The notes beneath the pieces are model-generated. The model was not told where the DNA came from, did not search any database, and saw only the letters and a program-made list of their open reading frames with translations. Of a DNA stretch of 64,000 nucleotides, positions 1 through 8,232 are shown piece after piece. The position numbers and the translations under genes are program-made. Source of the stretch: an uncultured virus (IMG/VR IMGVR_UViG_3300046507_000660) (taxonomy: Duplodnaviria; Heunggongvirae; Uroviricota; Caudoviricetes); IMG/VR virus record IMGVR_UViG_3300046507_000660, positions 1 to 64,000 of that record. One strand, given 5' to 3'. Each line of letters begins with the position of its first letter. Within the stretch, counting starts at the first letter, position 1.

Positions 1-13
1 GCCGCCCCCCCCC

Positions 14-42
14 CGACACTAGATCCCTCCGGGCTGCACCTT
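14..42 (+). promoter_or_regulatory. Putative late promoter (CGACAC-N17-CACCTT), leaderless start of terminase
   Basis: Same motif and spacing as about 9 other copies upstream of morphogenesis genes; ATG 6 nt downstream. Confidence 0.6.
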
Positions 43-48
43 CCGGCC

Positions 49-1845
49 ATGTCCCGCACGCAGCCCCCCACCTCGAGACTCCGCGTCGCCCCCGCACGCG
101 AGGAGCTGCAGCGGGCACGGAAGCCCGGCGTCGTTTCCCGTGACGCCGCCAACGTGGCCGACATCCTGCTGCGCGCCCCGGTCGCCGCCCGACGACACGC
201 CTTCAAGCACGACATCAGCGTCCGCGAGCGGCCGTACGTCATGCGGGAAGTGGAGCGGGCCACCGGCTCCCTGTACGGCCTGTGGCGGGACACCCCCTCG
301 GGCTTCGTCGAGGACGTCCTGGGCGAGTCCATATGGAGCCTGCAGCGCGACGTCCTGGACGCGCTCGTCGACCACAAGCGCGTCGCCGTCCCCGCAGGCT
401 TCGGCGTCGGCAAGACCCACCTCGCCGCGCGCGCCGCCGTCTGGTTCGTCAACGTCTACCCGGTCGGCACCGCGCTCTGCATCACCACCGCCACCCGCTT
501 CCGCCAGGTCCAGCGGCAGCTCTGGCCCCACATCCGCAAAGTCGTCCCCCGCGCCGGCCTGCCCGGAACCTGCGACACCGTCCAGTACAAGATGCCCACC
601 CCGCAGGGGCACGACTTCGTCGCCGCCTACGGCTTCTCCGCGCCCGCCAACGACGAGGCCGCGATGCAGGGCATCCACATGGCCCACATCCTCCTGATCG
701 TCGACGAGGCGGGCGGTATCGCCCCGATGATCGGCCACGGCACCAACAACCTCCTGACCGGCGGCCACGCGGCAATGCTGGCCATCGGCAACCCGGCGAT
801 GGACGACCCGGCGAGCTGGTTCGAGGAACTGTGCATCGAGGGCGACGACCCCGACGAGCCGACGACCATCACCCTGCCGATCTCCTCCCTCGACTCCCCG
901 GCGATCACGGGGGAGCGGGTCCCGTACTGCACGGACTGCCCCGACTCCACGCACGACCGGCACACCCTCGCCCGGCACATGCCAGACCAGGACTGGGTGG
1001 ACCGCACCATCCGCTCGTACGGCGAAGATCACCCGTACGTCATTGCGAAGGTCTACGCGCGATTCCCGAAGGGCGGAGGCGGTCTCGTCCTCCCGCCCAC
1101 CTGGATCGACGGCGCCCTGAGCGCCCCGAACCCAGAGGGCCCCGGCTGGCACCGCCTGTGCGACCTCGGCCTCGAGGGCGAGACAGCCACGCACACCGTG
1201 AAAGAGGGCGCCTGGGTACGCCTGGGCGTCGACGTCGCCGCAGATGGCGGCGATGAGTTCACCATCGCCCGCTCCGTCGGGGACGTCATCGAGAACCGGC
1301 ACGCCTCCGCCGGATCCGTCAACGACAACCAGGTGAAGGTCGCTGAGCGGGTCCTCGAGGAGATCCTCGCCGCGCAGCGCCTGGCCGACGCCCTCAACAG
1401 CCCGCACCCCGTCCGCGTCAAGGTCGACAAGAACGGCATCGGCCACGGCGTGACCGGCATGCTCGAGCGCTGGGCCGAGACCGGCCGCCACAAGGCGCAG
1501 ATCGTCGGCGTCATGGTCTCCGAGAACCCCACCCAGGACGACCCGGGCGCCGTCATGCGCCCGTACCGCAAGCGTGACGAGATGTGGCTCGCCACCAGGG
1601 CACTCCTGCAGCCGGACCCGTCGACCGGCACCGGCCGCCTGCGGTTCTGCTTCGACAAGAAGACCGCGGCGCAGCTCTCCACCCCGAAACTCCTGTCGAA
1701 CGCCGGCGGCTACTCCGTCGTAGAGTCCAAGAAGCAGATGAAGCAGCGGGGCATGAAGTCACCCGACCGGGCCGAGGCGGTCCTCCTGGCCCTGTACGAG
1801 CCGGAGCCGATCAACCCGCCGCGCCGCCGCGGCCTGCTCAACTAG
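49..1845 (+). CDS. terL: Terminase large subunit
   Basis: Walker A PAGFGVGKT, Walker B LLIVDEAG, coupling motif IGNP, RNase H-like GVDVA..GGD, C-terminal KSPDRAEA. Confidence 0.85.
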   Translation: MSRTQPPTSRLRVAPAREELQRARKPGVVSRDAANVADILLRAPVAARRHAFKHDISVRERPYVMREVERATGSLYGLWRDTPSGFVEDVLGESIWSLQRDVLDALVDHKRVAVPAGFGVGKTHLAARAAVWFVNVYPVGTALCITTATRFRQVQRQLWPHIRKVVPRAGLPGTCDTVQYKMPTPQGHDFVAAYGFSAPANDEAAMQGIHMAHILLIVDEAGGIAPMIGHGTNNLLTGGHAAMLAIGNPAMDDPASWFEELCIEGDDPDEPTTITLPISSLDSPAITGERVPYCTDCPDSTHDRHTLARHMPDQDWVDRTIRSYGEDHPYVIAKVYARFPKGGGGLVLPPTWIDGALSAPNPEGPGWHRLCDLGLEGETATHTVKEGAWVRLGVDVAADGGDEFTIARSVGDVIENRHASAGSVNDNQVKVAERVLEEILAAQRLADALNSPHPVRVKVDKNGIGHGVTGMLERWAETGRHKAQIVGVMVSENPTQDDPGAVMRPYRKRDEMWLATRALLQPDPSTGTGRLRFCFDKKTAAQLSTPKLLSNAGGYSVVESKKQMKQRGMKSPDRAEAVLLALYEPEPINPPRRRGLLN

Positions 1846-1895
1846 TCGGCGACAAGTGCATCCGCCAGGACGGAAAGCGTGCAATATCTTGTGCC

Positions 1896-2942
1896 ATGAG
1901 TGCGACCGCTCGTCACCCCAGCGATAGCGGCGACCGCCCCACCCCAGCGGCCGCCCTTTCCGCAGTGCCTGCGCCCGCGCCCGCGCTGCGTGAGCTCGAG
2001 CGGGTCCTGGACGTGTTCCGCACGGTCAACCGCAAGGCCAAGGACGTCGTGTCGGACTCCCGCCTGCAGCAACTCGAATGGGTCGCGGGCGAGCTCTCCC
2101 TGGCGCTCCCCCTCGGCCTCACCGAGACCGCCGGCGACTCCCTCGCCGAGCTGCTCGCCCCGGACGCCGTCCACGCCTATCTGCTCTACGGACGCGGCGG
2201 CTACCTGCGCACCGCGCCCATAGTCGCCACCGACCCGGCCAGCTACGACACCTCGGAACGCATTCGGATCTTCTGCCTCGGCATCATCGCCGAGCAGGCC
2301 CGGATCGAGTTCGAGGCACCCGACCTTCCACCGTGGGGACTGCGCCCCACCGTCTCCCCGAAGAAGGCCGACCTCATCACGGACCACCTGGAGGAGCAGG
2401 CCAAGCAGTGGGCCGAGGTCGACCGGCCGGACGTCATCGTCCGCGGCCTGGCCATGTGGGGCGTCATGCGGGACACCCTGCCGCGCCTGGGTGAGCTGGA
2501 GTCCATGCTCGTCGACGACATGGTGTTCGAGGGAAAGATCCCCGTCGCGCTCACGATCGTGCGCCAACCCCAGGGAGGCCTTCGCGGGAAGATGCCCGAG
2601 CCCGAGATCGTTGGCCTGTCCCCGGACACCGGCCGCCGTATCCAGGACTGGCTCGTACGCCGCACCGGCCTGATGACCCGGCTGCAGGGCGGCGTGCCCC
2701 GGCACCTGTGGCTGTCCGCCTGGCACCCCAACACCGGCGTCCCCATCGACCGGCGCGGCATCAGCCGCTGGTACAAGGGCGTCGCCGACGAGGTTCAGGT
2801 CAAGCAGGACGCCGAGGGGACGCCGGAGGAGGAACTGGTGCCGACCAGGTGGGAGACGATGCGCCGCACCCTCCTGGCGCAGCGGCAGGCCACGGGAACC
2901 GCACCCGACCAGCGCGGGAAGCTACTGCCGCCGCCTGCATAG
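1896..2942 (+). CDS. Divergent tyrosine-recombinase-fold protein, probably catalytically incomplete
   Basis: Box I-like DTLPRLGELESMLVDD and box II-like ETMRRT; no His/Trp or Tyr after box II. Confidence 0.55.
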   Translation: MSATARHPSDSGDRPTPAAALSAVPAPAPALRELERVLDVFRTVNRKAKDVVSDSRLQQLEWVAGELSLALPLGLTETAGDSLAELLAPDAVHAYLLYGRGGYLRTAPIVATDPASYDTSERIRIFCLGIIAEQARIEFEAPDLPPWGLRPTVSPKKADLITDHLEEQAKQWAEVDRPDVIVRGLAMWGVMRDTLPRLGELESMLVDDMVFEGKIPVALTIVRQPQGGLRGKMPEPEIVGLSPDTGRRIQDWLVRRTGLMTRLQGGVPRHLWLSAWHPNTGVPIDRRGISRWYKGVADEVQVKQDAEGTPEEELVPTRWETMRRTLLAQRQATGTAPDQRGKLLPPPA

Positions 2943-2951
2943 GGTGCGCCC

Positions 2952-3536
2952 GTGCTCCTCTCCGACAAAGACATCCGCAAGGCCATAGCCGACGACCGGC
3001 TGGGCATCGCCCCCTTCGACGACGCGATGGTGCAGCCGGCGTCCGTCGACGTGCGCCTGGCCCGCCAGTTCCGGGTCTTCGAGAACCACCGCGCCACCCA
3101 CATCGACCCGGCCGAGGAACAGCCCGACCTCACCAGGCTCGTGGAGCCGGAGGGCGACGAACCGTTCATCCTGCACCCCGGGGAGTTCGTCCTCGCGTCG
3201 ACGCACGAGGTCATCACCCTGCCCGACGATCTCGCCGCCCGCCTCGAGGGCAAGAGCTCCCTCGGCCGGCTGGGACTGGTCACCCACTCCACCGCCGGGT
3301 TCATCGACCCCGGCTTCTCCGGCCACGTCACCCTCGAGCTGTCCAACCTGGCGAACCTGCCGATCAAGCTGTGGCCCGGCATGAAGGTCGGCCAGTTGTG
3401 CGTGTTCGCCCTGTCCAGCCCGGCCGAGCACCCGTACGGCAGCACCGAGTGCGGCTCCCGCTACCAGGGACAGCAAGGGCCGACCGCGTCCCGCTCGAGC
3501 CGGGACTTCCACCGCACTGTCGTACCCCACTCGTAG
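2952..3536 (+). CDS. dcd: dCTP deaminase
   Basis: [52 protein letters not shown] motifs. Confidence 0.95.
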   Translation: MLLSDKDIRKAIADDRLGIAPFDDAMVQPASVDVRLARQFRVFENHRATHIDPAEEQPDLTRLVEPEGDEPFILHPGEFVLASTHEVITLPDDLAARLEGKSSLGRLGLVTHSTAGFIDPGFSGHVTLELSNLANLPIKLWPGMKVGQLCVFALSSPAEHPYGSTECGSRYQGQQGPTASRSSRDFHRTVVPHS

Positions 3537-3693
3537 GGTGATCGGGTGATGGAGCACCGGCCGCCCTGATCAGCGACCGGTCCATGGTGGCCCGCGCGAA
3601 CCCGTGCTCCCGGGAAGGGTTGAACCCTGGGCCACCCCCAAGATCCCCCGAGACGACGTCTGACGGCCCCCAGGGCGCTGCTACGGTCCCCGC

Positions 3694-3918
3694 ATGGACG
3701 TCGCCCAGTCTCAAGCCGCCACAGTGCCTCTCACGGCCGCCGAGCGCGCCCGGGTGGAGATCGCCGCGGCGGTCACCGGGAAGACGTTCGACGACTTCGT
3801 GCGAGACGCCGTCCTCACCGCGGCGTACGACCCGCTCGTCGTCGCCCTCGAGCGGGCCGCCGACACCGTCGCCGCCCGCGCCCAGGCCGACCAGGTCCAA
3901 CACGACTACGCGGGCTGA
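3694..3918 (+). CDS. Small ribbon-helix-helix (DUF1778-like) DNA-binding protein
   Basis: Pattern LTAAERARVEIAAAVTGKTFDDFVRDAV. Confidence 0.5.
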   Translation: MDVAQSQAATVPLTAAERARVEIAAAVTGKTFDDFVRDAVLTAAYDPLVVALERAADTVAARAQADQVQHDYAG

Positions 3919-3947
3919 ACAACCGCCCGGCCCTACACTGCCGCTCC

Positions 3948-4505
3948 ATGAAGCACCCCAAGGCGGGCGGCGCCAAAGGGCAGACGTACACGGCAACCCC
4001 GCGCCTGACGTCGTACATCACGCCGCCCGCGTCCGAGGTCACCATCACCCGTGCCGACGGCACCACAGACACCGCGCCCGCCCTCAAGCCGAAGAAGGCC
4101 AGCACGCGCGCACCGCGGCGGTCACGGAACCGCGGCTCCCTCGTCTGCGCGTTCTGCGGATATGCCATCACCGGCGAGGCCGCCAGCAGCACCGAGCACA
4201 AGACCCGGGGCAAACCCATCCACCCGAAGGGGACATGCCCCGAGCAGGCGCCCCCGAAGGTGCCGACGAAGCCCGACCCCGCCTCCACAATCCCGCGCGG
4301 CCGCGGGGGCACGGGCAACCCGTACAAGAGTCCGAACACGCGCGCTGTGGGCAAAGACCAGTGGTCCAAGGTCACCTGCCCGCGCTGCAGGGCAGTTCCG
4401 GACGCACTGTGCGTCGTTCAGGGGGTGACCTCCGCGGTGCCACACCAAGAGCGCATCCAGATCGTGCGCCGTGCCCTGGGGGCCGCGCAGAAGCGCAAGA
4501 CCTGA
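3948..4505 (+). CDS. Basic zinc-finger protein
   Basis: CAFC..H..C and CPRC.A.P...C...H..R motifs. Confidence 0.55.
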   Translation: MKHPKAGGAKGQTYTATPRLTSYITPPASEVTITRADGTTDTAPALKPKKASTRAPRRSRNRGSLVCAFCGYAITGEAASSTEHKTRGKPIHPKGTCPEQAPPKVPTKPDPASTIPRGRGGTGNPYKSPNTRAVGKDQWSKVTCPRCRAVPDALCVVQGVTSAVPHQERIQIVRRALGAAQKRKT

Positions 4506-4518
4506 CCCGGGCGCACGA

Positions 4519-4556
4519 AGGGCCCGGTACCGACGGGGGATGCGGTACCGAGCCCT
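4519..4556. terminator. Hairpin between convergent genes
   Basis: gggcccggtaccg ... cggtaccgagccc, one mismatch. Confidence 0.55.
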
Positions 4557-4565
4557 CTCAACAGG

Positions 4566-5738
4566 CTACTTCCTGCGGTCGCGTGCCGCCTCGGCTTCGC
4601 TCAGGCGTGTCTCCAGGGCGCGCTCCCGGTCCGCGGCCGCGCGGAGCTGCTCCTTCGCCTGGTCCAACTCGCCGCGCAGCGCGTCGACTCGGGTCTCCTG
4701 AGTCTCCAGCCGCTTGTTCGTGCGCTCGAGCTCCGCGGCGAGGCCGGCCCGGACCGTCTCGGCCGCGTCCTTCGCCGCGGTGACCATGGCCTCGGCGTTC
4801 CGCAGGGCCTGCCGCCCGTTTTCCTCCGCCTCGGTGGCGCGCTCCTCCGCGGCCGCGGCCTTCGCGTTGGCCTCCTCGACCTGCGCCGCGGCGGCCGCCT
4901 GCGCCGCCTCGAGCGTCGCGGTCATCTCCGCGACCTGACGGTCGGCCTCGACGCGGGCCTTCCCCGCAGCGTCCTGGACGGCCTTGATCTCTTCCGCCGT
5001 ACGCCGGCGGATATCGGCGATCTCGTTGGCCGCGCCCTGGCGGGCAGCGTTGACGTGCGTCTCGGCGAGGGAACGCGCCTCCGCGACCTCCTGCTGCGCC
5101 TTGGCGCGCGCCTCCTCCGCTGACGCCTCCGCGGCTTCGGCCCTGGCGTTGGCCTCTGCGTTGATCCGCTCGACCTCGGCCTGGAAGTGGGCGCGGGCCT
5201 CCTCGAGCTCCACCTCCATCTGCTCCGCGGCCTGGTTGGCGGCGTCCCTCTCCCCCTCCGCCGCCTCCTTCGCCGCCGTCGCGGTGATCCGGAGAGTGCG
5301 CTCCCCGTCCGCGCGTGCCTCCGCCGTCGCGACTCGGGTGTTGGCCTCGCTCTCCACGGCCAAGACCTGAGCTTCGGCCGCCTCCGGATCTGTGACCGTC
5401 TGCAGGAGGCCTACGTAGCGCTCCATGGCCTTCACGCTCGCCGTGACGTGGTGGATGACCTCCTCACGCACGTTGACGGCATCGGCCGCGGAGTCGGTGA
5501 CGGGCTTGTCGGTCTCCGGCTCCTCCACGGCGGGCGCGCCGCCCGCAGCCCTGGCCCGCTTCCGCTTCGCCCGCCACGCGCTGCCGGCGTTGTGGTCCGG
5601 CCGGACGCAGTACTCCGGCGCTGGGCCGGGCGCTGACGGGTCCTTCTTCGGCTCCCGCTCGTCCCCGCATCCGGGGAACTTGCAGGTCACCTGTTCCGCG
5701 TTCTCCCCGGCCGGGGCATCGGCGCTGGGCTCGCTCAT
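4566..5738 (-). CDS. Long coiled-coil protein with N-terminal Cys/His knuckle (KfrA-like plasmid maintenance candidate)
   Basis: CKFPGC...YCVRPDH followed by about 300 aa of Ala/Glu/Arg heptad-like sequence; ATG at 5738 with GGAGAG upstream. Confidence 0.6.
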   Translation of the reverse strand: MSEPSADAPAGENAEQVTCKFPGCGDEREPKKDPSAPGPAPEYCVRPDHNAGSAWRAKRKRARAAGGAPAVEEPETDKPVTDSAADAVNVREEVIHHVTASVKAMERYVGLLQTVTDPEAAEAQVLAVESEANTRVATAEARADGERTLRITATAAKEAAEGERDAANQAAEQMEVELEEARAHFQAEVERINAEANARAEAAEASAEEARAKAQQEVAEARSLAETHVNAARQGAANEIADIRRRTAEEIKAVQDAAGKARVEADRQVAEMTATLEAAQAAAAAQVEEANAKAAAAEERATEAEENGRQALRNAEAMVTAAKDAAETVRAGLAAELERTNKRLETQETRVDALRGELDQAKEQLRAAADRERALETRLSEAEAARDRRK

Positions 5739-5810
5739 GGACGTCGCTCTCCTGGGTCGCTTCGGTCGCTCTGGAGGTCTCGGCGCCCGAGTTGTACCAC
5801 ACGCGAGAAC

Positions 5811-5879
5811 CCATCCCATCTCATCCCATCTCAACTCATCACGGTGATGAGATGAGTTGAGATGGGATGAGATCAGATG
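5811..5879. repeat. Head-to-head array of 5-bp units (YCATC / GATGR) forming a perfect 23-bp inverted repeat
   Basis: 5818-5840 atctcatcccatctcaactcatc is the exact reverse complement of 5851-5873. Confidence 0.9.
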
Positions 5880-6099
5880 CGAAAGGTGACCGTCGGGGCG
5901 CTATGCGCGCTAGAGTCGGCGCCAGTGTGGTCACGCCGCACAGACCGCCGACCCGCTACCCACGCAGCGACGGCACCAGGTCGAAGGCTCGCCGGACACG
6001 GCTACCGGCACCCGGGCGCACCCCGGCGAGGGCCTCGTGTCGGATCGCCTTGCCCTGACACCTGCGGCGGGCGGCGTGGGGCCTGCCTCGGAGACCCAC

Positions 6100-6693
6100 A
6101 TGTCACGGCACATCAGCAACGACCTCAAGGCCCGCGCCCGCGCACTCGCCGCCCGGGAAGAGATCCCGTACAGCGCCGCCCTCGCCCGGCTCCGTACCCC
6201 CCGCGACACGCCCGGCCGGCCGACGGACACCGCGGCGGACAACCCCAGCCGCTTCCTGCTCCCCGAGTACCTGTACGTCCCCTTCGCCGCGCCCGACCTG
6301 GGCGACGCCCGCCCCTGCGACTCCTGCCAGGGATCGGGCCTCGACGCTGAGGGGCGCACCTTCGCCCAGCCGTCCGACGGCGGCCGGCCCCCGCTCCTGA
6401 TCGAGGTGGTGTGCTCCGCCTGCGAGGGCTGCGGGCGCGCCGAGCACGACCCGGAAGGCTGCGGGTGGCCGCACACGGACCCCGACATGGACGAAGGCCT
6501 GTACGACGAGGACGACTACGACGAGGAACCGCCCTGCCCCTCGTGCGCAGGCCGAGAGTTCAACTACATGCAGGGCATGCTCTCCGACGACCAGGGCGAG
6601 CCCGTCGAAGTCATCTACCTGCGGCTACCGTGCGGCTGCACCGCCGACCGGATGCGCGTCATCCTCGGCGACCTGATCGAGGTGGCCGGCTGA
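6100..6693 (+). CDS. Cys-rich hypothetical protein
   Basis: GGAGA RBS; several CxxCxG motifs; coupled to next ORF (TGATG). Confidence 0.6.
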   Translation: MSRHISNDLKARARALAAREEIPYSAALARLRTPRDTPGRPTDTAADNPSRFLLPEYLYVPFAAPDLGDARPCDSCQGSGLDAEGRTFAQPSDGGRPPLLIEVVCSACEGCGRAEHDPEGCGWPHTDPDMDEGLYDEDDYDEEPPCPSCAGREFNYMQGMLSDDQGEPVEVIYLRLPCGCTADRMRVILGDLIEVAG

Positions 6694-6899
6694 TGGCCCG
6701 CCGCGAACGCGAGGACCGCGAGACCCTCCCCGGCGTCGCCGAGGTACGCCTCCGCGCCGACGACGCGACCGCCCAGGTAGTGCTGGACGTCCTCCGCGCG
6801 AACTTCACCATCACGGCCCCGCGCGACTACCCGGGGAACCGCTGGTACTTCCAGCTCGACACTGGCAACACCGCCGCCGACCCCGACGGAGACGAGTGA
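6693..6899 (+). CDS. Hypothetical protein
   Basis: Overlapping stop/start with neighbours; GC3-biased codons. Confidence 0.55.
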   Translation: MARREREDRETLPGVAEVRLRADDATAQVVLDVLRANFTITAPRDYPGNRWYFQLDTGNTAADPDGDE

Positions 6900-7213
6900 C
6901 CATGACCCGCCGCCTGGTCTACGGACCGCACTGCCCGCACGACGAATGCGCCTGGACCGGCTGCGACCACGAGGAAGGGCGCGGCAACGGCATCGTCTAC
7001 CCCTGCCAGTACGAGAACGACGGGTGCCCGTACTGCGGGCCCGCGGACCAGGCCGCCCCCCTCGAGCCGGGGCCGGAGAGGCACACCTGGAAGTGCCCCG
7101 TCTGCAGCGCCCTGACCCTGACCGCGGGCAGCCCCGACGCGCTCGAGTCCCAGGTGGCCCGCTACGGCCTCCCGCACCTCGCCGAGCACGAGAGCGCGAC
7201 CGCGTCCGCCTGA
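6896..7213 (+). CDS. Small Cys-rich hypothetical protein
   Basis: Several Cys pairs (CPYC, CPVC); coupled start. Confidence 0.55.
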   Translation: MTMTRRLVYGPHCPHDECAWTGCDHEEGRGNGIVYPCQYENDGCPYCGPADQAAPLEPGPERHTWKCPVCSALTLTAGSPDALESQVARYGLPHLAEHESATASA

Positions 7214-7220
7214 GACGCCA

Positions 7221-7253
7221 CAGGGGCCCCGTACGTGACGTACGGGGCCCCTG
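7221..7253. terminator. Bidirectional terminator-like perfect hairpin
   Basis: caggggccccgtacgt-g-acgtacggggcccctg between convergent genes. Confidence 0.75.
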
Positions 7254-7261
7254 CCGTCTGA

Positions 7262-7714
7262 TCACTCGGCCGGGTGCGCGTCCAGCCACCGCGACAGCTC
7301 ATGCGCGGAGCCGAGGACCGCCGGCCGGTTCGTACCGAAGGCCGTGGCGCCCTTGTCCTCCCCCACCGCGATGCCGTCCTCCATCTTGTTGATCAGGACG
7401 TACGCCCCCGACCAGAACTCCGGCCCCGTGCCCTTGTCCGCGTGCATCGCCGTCCGCAGGGTCCGCACGGGCCCCATGAGCGCCTGCATCTGCTTCCAGC
7501 ACGTCCCCGGATCCTGCTCGAGGCAGCCGCCGTCCGTGTCGAACTTCTCCACCGCGGCCTGGAACTTGGTGGTGGCCGCCCCCAGGCTCACCGTCTTCGC
7601 CTTCGCCGCCGGCTTCGCGTCGTCGTTGCTGCTCGAGCCGCAGCCGCTCACGGCCGCCACGGTCACGGCCAGGACCACGCCCACGGCCGTCTTCCCCCAC
7701 GTGTGTCTCCCCAT
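7262..7714 (-). CDS. Lipoprotein
   Basis: Signal peptide with lipobox VSGC followed by a Ser-rich linker. Confidence 0.7.
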   Translation of the reverse strand: MGRHTWGKTAVGVVLAVTVAAVSGCGSSSNDDAKPAAKAKTVSLGAATTKFQAAVEKFDTDGGCLEQDPGTCWKQMQALMGPVRTLRTAMHADKGTGPEFWSGAYVLINKMEDGIAVGEDKGATAFGTNRPAVLGSAHELSRWLDAHPAE

Positions 7715-7754
7715 GACGCGCGATCATCGCACGGCCCACGGACACACGTACGAA

Positions 7755-7782
7755 AGAGGGCCCCGACAGATCGTCAGGGCCC
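7755..7782 (-). terminator. Probable terminator of the traB transcript
   Basis: gggccccgac/gtcagggccc stem followed by TCTTTC on the minus strand. Confidence 0.45.
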
Positions 7783-7794
7783 CCAGGAGCACGG

Positions 7795-8232
7795 TCACGC
7801 CCTGGTGTTGGACCTGCCTCCCAGCACGTTCACGTTCCTGATGTTGACCGTCTTCGGCCTGCGCAGCGCAGCCACGATCCTCGCGACGACGATCATGAAC
7901 ACGATGCTGGCGATGGTCGTACCGAACCCCGTCGCCGCGGCGAGGAGCTGACTGGCACCCGTGAGGAGGTGCCCGCCGCCCCAGGCCGCGACCCCGAAAC
8001 CGACGCCGGCGCCGACCATACGCTGAGCCTTCACGTCCAGGAGCGGCTGCGGTGCCAGGTCCCGGGGCGGGGTCGGCGGCGTCGGCTGCAGATCAGAGCG
8101 ACGGATCTGCACGGACTTGTTCCGGTCGTACGGGTCCTGGACGTGCACGATCGGGTCGAGTTCGTCGCGCATCTCCACGGCGCCCACGACCGGCTGAGGG
8201 GTGTACGAGCGGATCACAGGCTTGCCGGACAT
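7795..8232 (-). CDS. Small membrane protein downstream of traB (Spd/spread-like candidate)
   Basis: Two hydrophobic segments; AAGGAGA RBS; overlaps traB end. Confidence 0.55.
   Translation of the reverse strand: MSGKPVIRSYTPQPVVGAVEMRDELDPIVHVQDPYDRNKSVQIRRSDLQPTPPTPPRDLAPQPLLDVKAQRMVGAGVGFGVAAWGGGHLLTGASQLLAAATGFGTTIASIVFMIVVARIVAALRRPKTVNIRNVNVLGGRSNTRA

Noticed and set aside
19..1491. 490-aa minus-strand ORF
   Set aside because: Antisense shadow of terL; typical of high-GC DNA, no motifs
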